From: Crocosphaera subtropica ATCC 51142
Lineage (GTDB): Bacteria > Cyanobacteriota > Cyanobacteriia > Cyanobacteriales > Microcystaceae
Assembly: GCF_000017845.1 (NCBI RefSeq)
Contig: NC_010546.1
Coordinates: 300,001-332,000, forward strand
DNA length: 32,000 nt
Direction: 5' to 3'
A program made the translations under genes and the position numbers. This document shows positions 8,896 through 15,810 of the stretch, in pieces. The notes beneath the pieces were generated by a model, which made no database searches, was not told where the DNA came from, and saw only the letters and a program-made list of their open reading frames with translations. Within the stretch, counting starts at the first letter, position 1. Every line of letters begins with the position of its first letter.

Positions 8896-9252
8896 TTAAT
8901 AACGATTGTAAAAACTTCCACCATTTGGCCAAGGACTTCGGTTAACAAAACCACCACCTCCACCCCGATTAACAAAACCACCACCTCCACCACCGCGATT
9001 GGCGAAACCACCGCCTCCACTACGATTGGCAAATCCTCTGGTTAATAAGTTTTCCGCTTCTGTGGGTAAACTATTCGTTGTTTCAATGTCTCCCTTTTCT
9101 ATTGCTTTAGTAATGCGAGATAAGCGATATTCAATATTATTAGAAACCTTAGCATTGATTGGTTTTTGGGAATTAGCTGTTGCTACGGAAACACTCAAAG
9201 TTGAGACAGCTAACAAGAAACCCATAAAAGTGATTTTATTAGTAATTATCAC
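8896..9252 (-). CDS. grrA: Gly-rich repeat RiPP precursor (GrrA/OscA-like), paralog 2
   Basis: 118 aa. Signal-peptide-like N-terminus MIITNKITFMGFLLAVSTLSVSVATANS, leader IEYRLSRITKAIEKGD, core GFANRSGGGGFANRGGGGGGFVNRGGGGGFVNRSPWPNGGSFYNRY. GTG start at 9252; an internal ATG at codon 10 is the alternative. Confidence 0.78.
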   Translation of the reverse strand: MIITNKITFMGFLLAVSTLSVSVATANSQKPINAKVSNNIEYRLSRITKAIEKGDIETTNSLPTEAENLLTRGFANRSGGGGFANRGGGGGGFVNRGGGGGFVNRSPWPNGGSFYNRY

Positions 9253-9403
9253 AATATTTACCCCTATTCTACAATTCTGTTGAGAACTCTAGCAAAAAAT
9301 AGACTTTAATGGCTATTATTGTTAAATTTATTTACCTTTTCTTTACAAATTGACTAAAATAAGTAACAATTCTACTGTTTCTTTCTGTATAAAAGGAAAA
9401 ATT

Positions 9404-10297
9404 ATGTATAAAAAAATGCCTTTAGTTGCTTTAAGTTTAATGGCTATGTTAACTTTACCTAATAAAAGTTTAGCAGAAACAGTTATAGAAAGGGTTGCAA
9501 GAACAGGAGTCTTAAATGTTAGCACAAGAGTAGATTTAGTACCCTATGCTTACGTTAACGACGAAGATGAATTAGTGGGTTATTCCGTAGAACTGATCGA
9601 ATTAATTCGAGAAACCCTTGCTCAAGAAATCGGAAAAGATGTTCAAATTAAAGTCATTGTTGATGATAGTTTAGACGAAAGAATTAGCAGTTTGCTTAAT
9701 CGAGAAGTTGATATTGCTTGTGATACAACTTTTACCTGGCAAAGAGATAGATTTGTAGATTTTTCCTTAGCTTATGGGGTTTCTGGTATTAAAGTTTTTG
9801 TCAAAGAAGATAGTAATTTATCCTCTCCCGACTCTTTTAAAAATAAACGCATTGCTATTATAGAAAGTGTGCTGAGTCCTGAATCAATTAAAGTCATTGA
9901 ATCTCAAGTTACTGTTGTTGATGTTGATAGTATAGAAGCAGGAATTAAAGCAGTGGAAGATGGAGAAGTGGATGGATTTGCCTTTGACGGCACCATTTTA
10001 GAAGGAACACGACAAACTTTAACTAATCCGAATGCTTATAAAGTAGTTCCCGATGAATCTTATTTTAAACATGGCATTGCTTGTATGGTTCCCGAACAAG
10101 ATTCCACGTTTTTAAACTTAGTTAATTTGACCATTGGTAAACTGATGGACGGTTATATTCGGGGTGATTCTCGTTATGTAGAAATGGTTAATCGTTACTT
10201 TGGAGAAGAGGGTATTGTTCCCTTTGAACCAGCAAGAATTAAAGACTTTTTTGAGATAATAATTATTACTCGTGAACAAATTCCCCCTGAACAATAA
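9404..10297 (+). CDS. Periplasmic solute-binding protein (family 3, amino-acid-type SBP), orphan
   Basis: Start at ATG 9404 (MYKKMPLVALSLMAMLTLPNKSLA, signal peptide). The mature part has the PBPb-like pattern GVLNVSTRVDLVPYAYVNDEDELVGYSVEL...DIACDTTFT...RFVDFSLAY. No permease or ATPase genes are adjacent. Confidence 0.7.
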   Translation: MYKKMPLVALSLMAMLTLPNKSLAETVIERVARTGVLNVSTRVDLVPYAYVNDEDELVGYSVELIELIRETLAQEIGKDVQIKVIVDDSLDERISSLLNREVDIACDTTFTWQRDRFVDFSLAYGVSGIKVFVKEDSNLSSPDSFKNKRIAIIESVLSPESIKVIESQVTVVDVDSIEAGIKAVEDGEVDGFAFDGTILEGTRQTLTNPNAYKVVPDESYFKHGIACMVPEQDSTFLNLVNLTIGKLMDGYIRGDSRYVEMVNRYFGEEGIVPFEPARIKDFFEIIIITREQIPPEQ

Positions 10298-10298
10298 T

Positions 10299-11078
10299 TT
10301 AATTCTCAGGAAACTTTTTGTCTCGAACATCTTGAGAAAAATCACTAACTGCTTTAGTAACAATGTCTCTTAAATTGAGATAAGTTTTAGCAAAAGGAGG
10401 CTGTTTTTCAGATAATCCTAATAAATCTGCCGTTACTAATACCTGTCCATCACAATCAGACCCTGCACCAATGCCAATAGTTGGAATCGGTAACTTTGCC
10501 GTGATTATTCTAGCAAGGTTAGCTGGAATATGTTCTAAAACCACAGCAAACGCCCCCGCCTCTGATAAAGCGATCGCTTCTGATAAAATACGTTCAGCCT
10601 CGCTTTCAGTGGTTCCTTGTTGACGATACCCCAAACGATGCACCGACTGAGGCGTTAACCCCACATGACCCATCACAGGAATACCAATATCACTTAAACG
10701 GGCAACGGTTTCGATGGCTGTAGGGTGTCCCCCTTCGAGTTTAACGGCTTGTACCCCTGTTTCTTTTAAAACCCGTCCTGCAGCATGAATCGCTTGACTG
10801 ATGCTTTCTTGATAACTAAGAAAGGGTAAATCACACACCACTAAAGCCCGTTTAACGCCTCGACGAACGGCGGCCGCATGGTGTGACATGGCATCGAGGG
10901 TAAGGGGTAAAGTGGTTTCGTACCCTAAAGCAACCATGGCCAACGAATCACCCACCAAAATAATATCAATACCGGCTGCGTCTAATAATTGAGCAAAAGC
11001 GAAATCCCAAGCTGTTAACGCCACAATAGGACGGCCTTGTTGTTTCCAGGTAATCAATTGTTGCGTTGTTAGTCCCAT
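10299..11078 (-). CDS. panB: 3-methyl-2-oxobutanoate hydroxymethyltransferase PanB
   Basis: [45 protein letters not shown] and GHVGLTPQS are PanB hallmarks. I prefer ATG 11078 (MGLTTQQL) over the TTG at 11099 used by the ORF track. Confidence 0.9.
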   Translation of the reverse strand: MGLTTQQLITWKQQGRPIVALTAWDFAFAQLLDAAGIDIILVGDSLAMVALGYETTLPLTLDAMSHHAAAVRRGVKRALVVCDLPFLSYQESISQAIHAAGRVLKETGVQAVKLEGGHPTAIETVARLSDIGIPVMGHVGLTPQSVHRLGYRQQGTTESEAERILSEAIALSEAGAFAVVLEHIPANLARIITAKLPIPTIGIGAGSDCDGQVLVTADLLGLSEKQPPFAKTYLNLRDIVTKAVSDFSQDVRDKKFPEN

Positions 11079-11103
11079 GATATTCCCAAAATCTGCCAAT
11101 AAG

Positions 11104-11130
11104 TAGGGGCTTAATACTATTAAGCCCCTA
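11104..11130. repeat. Perfect 27-nt palindromic hairpin TAGGGGCTTAATACTATTAAGCCCCTA, copy 1 of a dispersed element; likely terminator of chlM
   Basis: 13-bp arms around a central C. Sits in the 60-nt gap between the chlM stop and the panB start. A near-identical copy in opposite orientation is at 26246-26270. Confidence 0.75.
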
Positions 11131-11159
11131 CACCCAATGATGATACCGTTGTAGATGAC

Positions 11160-11849
11160 TTATTCTTTAACCGCTTCGAGAATGCGAGAATAATAAAAGC
11201 GAGTGCTTGTCATGTCTTTACGTTGAATAGTAAAGCCATTTTGTTCTAATATTTGTATGATATCTTTTTCTTTGTGTTGATAGGCCCGAGTGGTTTTACT
11301 TGGACCGGGAAAAAACTCACCGATCTTTTTAAGAAGGGTTAAACAAAGGGTTTTGGGAGCAAAACTGAGAATTAATCGGGATTCAGATAAAGAAGCTAAA
11401 TGTTTAATCATTTTTTCTGCGTCTTCGGCAGGATAATGAATTAATACGTCTAAACAAATAACTGTGTGATAGTTACCTGTTAAGCTTTCTAAATCTTGCA
11501 CAGCAAAGGTAACATTACTAGCATCTTTGAGGGCTTTTTGCGCTCTTTCTTGGGCTTCAGTGACCATTTTTTCAGAAATATCACTGGCGAAGATTTTAGC
11601 CCCTTCTTGAGCCAGGGGAATGCTTAAACTACCCACTCCACATCCAGCATCACAAATAGATAGATTAGCCAGATTTCCATCAGCTTTTAACCACGCTACC
11701 ACTGTATCGATGGTTTGTTGATGTCCGAGACGAATATCTTTTTGAACTTTATTGACTTCTCCATCACCATAAATTCTACGCCAACGGTCAAATCCTGTGG
11801 CGTTAAAATAATCTTTGACAATGGTTTTATCATCAGTGGTAGTATTCAT
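11160..11849 (-). CDS. chlM: Magnesium-protoporphyrin IX O-methyltransferase ChlM
   Basis: YFNATGFDRWRRIYG, SAM motif ICDAGCGVGSLSIPLA, VICLDVLIHYP. About 230 aa from ATG 11849 (MNTTTDDK). Confidence 0.9.
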   Translation of the reverse strand: MNTTTDDKTIVKDYFNATGFDRWRRIYGDGEVNKVQKDIRLGHQQTIDTVVAWLKADGNLANLSICDAGCGVGSLSIPLAQEGAKIFASDISEKMVTEAQERAQKALKDASNVTFAVQDLESLTGNYHTVICLDVLIHYPAEDAEKMIKHLASLSESRLILSFAPKTLCLTLLKKIGEFFPGPSKTTRAYQHKEKDIIQILEQNGFTIQRKDMTSTRFYYSRILEAVKE

Positions 11850-11912
11850 GGATTCAGGTAGATTTGTTTTCAAGCACAACTCTTTATTTTACCTGAGTAT
11901 ATGAATGATTCA

Positions 11913-12638
11913 TTATTCTTCGACCACCACCACCACCGTAATATTATCGGAACCGCCCCCATCTTTAGCTGCTTCGACTAAATTTTTAGCAATATCATCA
12001 CAGGATTCGCTGTGATCAAAAATTTCTTGAATCGCTGGATCAGCGACTTCTTCGGTCAAACCATCACTACAGAGTAAGAGGCGATCGCCAGGTTGAATTT
12101 CCAATGTGCCAATTTCTGGTTTTTGAGTATCTTTCCGCCCTAAACACTGGAACAAAACGTGCCGTCCGGGGTGGGTTTTCGCCTGTTCTGGGTCAATATC
12201 TCCCATTTTCAATGCCCGTGCTACCCAGGTATGATCTTCGGTGATCTGTTCTAATTTACCGTCACGGATACGATAAAGTCGAGAGTCTCCCACATGGGCC
12301 CGTAAAGGTTGTTCTCCTCGAAAGAGTACCACTACTGCTGTTGTTCCCATCTCTCCCCGTTCAGGATGGTTTTGTTGATCTTCTAATATCCCTTCATTCG
12401 CTTTTAAAATGGCTTCTTCTAAGATGTCATGGGAAGAGGCTTCAGATTCCCAATATTGTTCTAAATGTTCTTTAATGCGTTGGGTGGCAATTAAACTAGC
12501 TTCTTGTCCTCCTGCGTGGCCACCCATTCCATCTGCGACCACGAAAAAACGTCCCTCAGGATCGATGTAATAGTTATCTTGATTGACCGATCTCAACAGT
12601 CCTGGATCAGTTAGACCTGTGAAGCGACGATTCATCAT
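11913..12638 (-). CDS. PP2C-family Ser/Thr protein phosphatase
   Basis: 241 aa with RSVNQDNY, VVADGMGGHAGG, LLLCSDGL and GGSDNITVVVV (PPM motifs). Confidence 0.88.
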   Translation of the reverse strand: MMNRRFTGLTDPGLLRSVNQDNYYIDPEGRFFVVADGMGGHAGGQEASLIATQRIKEHLEQYWESEASSHDILEEAILKANEGILEDQQNHPERGEMGTTAVVVLFRGEQPLRAHVGDSRLYRIRDGKLEQITEDHTWVARALKMGDIDPEQAKTHPGRHVLFQCLGRKDTQKPEIGTLEIQPGDRLLLCSDGLTEEVADPAIQEIFDHSESCDDIAKNLVEAAKDGGGSDNITVVVVVEE

Positions 12639-12890
12639 TGGTGAATTAGTTAATTAGAATAAACAATGGGGGTTTAGCCTCTAACAGAGTGTTGGCAAAA
12701 CTTCCTACCTATAAAATAGTATCAAAAAATCCCCTCTTGGTCATCATTGAAAAATCTATTGGAGGCTAACGAAACTATTTCAAGTATGGCAGTACACAAC
12801 TCTATCGTTTTATTGTTGCGATCGCTCCTCCTTTACAAAAGGCGATCGCTTTAAAATACCATTGTCTAATTGAGACAGGCAGCTTAATCC

Positions 12891-14645
12891 CTAAAACATA
12901 TTATCTAAGCGATTAATGCGACGCAGAAGACGAATAAACGCCCATCCAGGTACTAAACCCAAGAGAATGACAACTACACCAATTTTAATGTAACCGTTGA
13001 TAAATAAAAGAGTTCCACAAATGACGAGCGCACTTAAAAACACACTATAGTTGGTGGCCATTTGCATCATCCCCAGACGACGTAAGAGACGATCTGACTC
13101 TACAGAACGCACTCTCAGACGAATATCACCCCGATCCAACTTTTCAATGGTGTCGTCAATGCGCCGTGGTAAACTCAAGGCTGTGTTACTGACTTTTGTG
13201 GCTTGACGAGTGATTTCGTCGATGATGCTATTACTGGTATTTCCATCCATATCAGCTACTAGGTCTAAAGCAAACGGCTGTGCTACTTCCATAAAATTAA
13301 AGTTGGGATCTAACCCCTTACCCACCCCTTCTAGGGTAGAAAACGCTCGCATCACGAAGGTAAAGGTTGCAGGGAAGCGAAAGGGCTGATCGTAGGCAAT
13401 TTCATATAAATCATCACTAATTTCAGCAATGGATTGTTCTTCAAAAGGCTTGTCCATAAAGTTATCTAACATGAACTGTACGGAACGGCGCACCGGTCCC
13501 ATGTCATCGGTGGGACTCAAAGCACCCAAGGCCACCAAAGAAGACACCACGCGATCGCCATCTTTTTGAGCAATACCAAAGAGGGTATCCATCAGTTTTT
13601 CCCTGACATTGGTATTAATACGCCCCATCATGCCAAAATCATAAAAAATTAACGATCCGTCTGTATCTACGGCAATATTGCCAGGGTGAGGATCGGCATG
13701 GAAAAAGCCATCATTGAGCAGTTGACATAAATAAGCTTTCGCCCCTAGCTTCGCCAATAACTTGCGATCTAACCCGGCAGCCTCTAATCCTTCATAGTGA
13801 CTAATTTTAATCCCTGGAAGGTACTCTAAGGTCAACACACGGGGGGACGTATACCGCCAGTACACCCTTGGCACTTTCACCCAGTTTTCCCCTCTAAAGT
13901 TACGCCGAAAGGTATCAGCGTTTTGCCCTTCATTGAGATAGTCGGTTTCTTGCCAAAGGATCTTACAACATTCTTCATAAATACCAATCCAGTCCCTTCC
14001 TTTTCCCCATCTTGGATGATTTTGGAAATAATAAGCGATTTTCTTCAGGATTGCTAAATCGATTGTAAAGAGTTGCTTAAGGCCCGGCCGTTGCACCTTA
14101 ACCACCACTTCTTCCCCAGAGTGAAGTTTTGCTTTATGAACTTGACCCAAACTAGCTGCAGCAATGGGAACGGGATCAAAATTGCGAAAAAGCTTAGATA
14201 ATGACTTTCCTAAGTCTTTTTCAATGATTTTGCTCACTTGTTCGTAAGTAAAAGCTGGAACTTCATCTTGTAGTTTAGAAAGTTCTTCAACATATTCAAC
14301 CGGGAATAAATCCGCACGAGTTGAGAACAATTGCCCTACTTTTATAAAAGTCGGACCCAAATTTAACAAATTTTCCCGTATCCAAACCGCTTGTATTTTA
14401 CGTCTTGCAGCTAATTTTTCCTCTGTAAAGCCCCCTTGATAGCTCCATTTTTTGCCATTGCGCCAAAAACGGAACAGCAAGGAGAGAACAAACCGCCAAA
14501 TATCAAAACGACGGCGAGTAATCGAATAATTTTCGCGATTCCAACGGTATTTTTCAGCCGTTTCTAGCTGGGTGATGCTTCTGGGGACAGAAGCACCCTT
14601 TTTTTTAACTAGGGATGATTGGGGGTTTGATGACAGGGCAGACAC
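12891..14645 (-). CDS. ABC1/UbiB (AarF) atypical kinase family protein with C-terminal TM helices
   Basis: 584 aa with GPTFIKVGQLFSTRADLFP, AAASLGQVHKA, VKVQRPGL, FHADPHPGNI and FYDFGMMG. GTG start at 14645; there is no in-frame ATG nearby. Confidence 0.88.
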   Translation of the reverse strand: MSALSSNPQSSLVKKKGASVPRSITQLETAEKYRWNRENYSITRRRFDIWRFVLSLLFRFWRNGKKWSYQGGFTEEKLAARRKIQAVWIRENLLNLGPTFIKVGQLFSTRADLFPVEYVEELSKLQDEVPAFTYEQVSKIIEKDLGKSLSKLFRNFDPVPIAAASLGQVHKAKLHSGEEVVVKVQRPGLKQLFTIDLAILKKIAYYFQNHPRWGKGRDWIGIYEECCKILWQETDYLNEGQNADTFRRNFRGENWVKVPRVYWRYTSPRVLTLEYLPGIKISHYEGLEAAGLDRKLLAKLGAKAYLCQLLNDGFFHADPHPGNIAVDTDGSLIFYDFGMMGRINTNVREKLMDTLFGIAQKDGDRVVSSLVALGALSPTDDMGPVRRSVQFMLDNFMDKPFEEQSIAEISDDLYEIAYDQPFRFPATFTFVMRAFSTLEGVGKGLDPNFNFMEVAQPFALDLVADMDGNTSNSIIDEITRQATKVSNTALSLPRRIDDTIEKLDRGDIRLRVRSVESDRLLRRLGMMQMATNYSVFLSALVICGTLLFINGYIKIGVVVILLGLVPGWAFIRLLRRINRLDNMF

Positions 14646-14708
14646 TCGGTTTCTTTGGGTTCTACTAATTTGGGCTTATATAATAAATTTTGAAAGTTTA
14701 AGAGAGAA

Positions 14709-15032
14709 TTATGCTTTTGTACTGCGATAATTCTTTAATTCTGCTTTGAGACGAGCAATTTCAGCCCGTAAGTCGTCTATAGTCTCTTGAAGATCCACAG
14801 AAGAACCATTATCCGTTGTTGTTGTGGTGGTGGTACTGGTATTGCCTTTAGTGGCTTCTCGTTCGGCACGGAGTTGAACTTCTTCGATAAACTCACGAAG
14901 GTTTTCCCTTTGCTCAGCATCAAATTTCCCTAACTCGCTCAAGGCGTTGGTTAAGGACTCTTCTGCTTTCTCTGTGAGAACTTCAGCAAAGGCTCTGCCT
15001 AAGAAGAAGGCGTGAAGAACAGGATTACTCAT
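14709..15032 (-). CDS. Conserved hypothetical coiled-coil protein with a poly-Thr tract
   Basis: 107-aa ORF with an ATG start, helical/charged sequence and a T7 run (codons at 14814-14834). No recognisable family. Confidence 0.5.
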   Translation of the reverse strand: MSNPVLHAFFLGRAFAEVLTEKAEESLTNALSELGKFDAEQRENLREFIEEVQLRAEREATKGNTSTTTTTTTDNGSSVDLQETIDDLRAEIARLKAELKNYRSTKA

Positions 15033-15215
15033 CTGATAAACTTTGTTAACGCTTTTGTAACAAATTATATCTTGCTTCTTGAAAAAATGTGTCCCAGACT
15101 CCTTAATCTTCTATTTTTTTATGTATGTCCAACTTCGCTGCTCAGGTAAGTTATTCGTCCATTATCTTGTTTAGAGTTAAATTCGTGTTATAATGGCAAA
15201 TGCAATACGCTAAGC

Positions 15216-15297
15216 GCGGATGTGGTGGAATCGGTAGACACGCACGCTTGAGGGGCGTGTGGCTCACGCCATGCGAGTTCAAGTCTCGCCATCCGCA
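15216..15297 (+). tRNA. tRNA-Leu (anticodon GAG), class II with long variable arm
   Basis: Manual fold. Acceptor GCGGATG/CATCCGC plus discriminator A. D arm GTG..CAC. Anticodon stem CACGC/GCGTG with loop TTGAGGG (anticodon GAG). Long variable arm. T arm GCGAG TTCAAGT CTCGC. No intron and no encoded CCA. Confidence 0.9.
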
Positions 15298-15703
15298 TTA
15301 TTTAGGAACAGTCAATCAATACTAATTGTTTCCAAGTTGTCTGACTATCTTGCTCTCAACCCTGTGGTTTAATGAGAGTTCATTAATATAGCAATCAAAG
15401 CATAGCTTAGGACAGAATCAAAAGCTGAAACCTTTATCTATTCTACTTTTGCCTTTTGCTGACGGCTGCTAGCTGAATGCTTACGATTGAAGAGTGTTTC
15501 CCTTCATGGCCAATCTTAAAACATATTGCTAATCTCTTCTATTAAATGTATTTTGAAGTTTAAAAATAAAGAGAATTATTAGCAATAAGTATCTTAAGAA
15601 AGTCTTGAAGATATTTACAGGTATCTCTACATAGGTTATGAAATTATCTAAAAAATCGTAAATAAAGGTTAAGAGAGTTGTTCCTATTGATATTTTTTTA
15701 GAG

Positions 15704-15719
15704 TAGAATAATTATTCTA
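15704..15719. promoter_or_regulatory. Perfect 16-bp AT-rich palindrome TAGAATAATTATTCTA; candidate operator (Fur-box-like) upstream of the porin gene
   Basis: Self-complementary when read directly. Lies 92 nt upstream of the porin ATG. Resembles the inverted ATAAT/ATTAT core of Fur boxes. The functional assignment is inference only. Confidence 0.3.
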
Positions 15720-15810
15720 AACTTTATTGTTGTTTGTCCTTCAAACAAAGCAATCTAGAGAGTTAATTAAGAAAACTCTCTTTCATTTCCAGGTGTGAGG
15801 ATTGATTTTA

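Noticed and set aside
8430-9070. Tandem repetitive DNA that might suggest a CRISPR array or satellite
   Set aside because: The repeats are short (about 15-25 nt), imperfect, in frame and encode G-G-F-x-N-R units. There are no unique spacers of constant length and no cas genes in the window.
14814-14834. Run of seven Thr codons (ACN x7) in the 107-aa coiled-coil protein
   Set aside because: It is a short in-frame homopolymeric linker with mixed codons (ACC/ACA/ACG). It is not a slippage-prone perfect repeat and is of little functional consequence.
15216-15297. Possibility of the cyanobacterial group I intron in tRNA-Leu
   Set aside because: That intron resides in tRNA-Leu(UAA). This gene has anticodon GAG and folds as a contiguous 82-nt class II tRNA.
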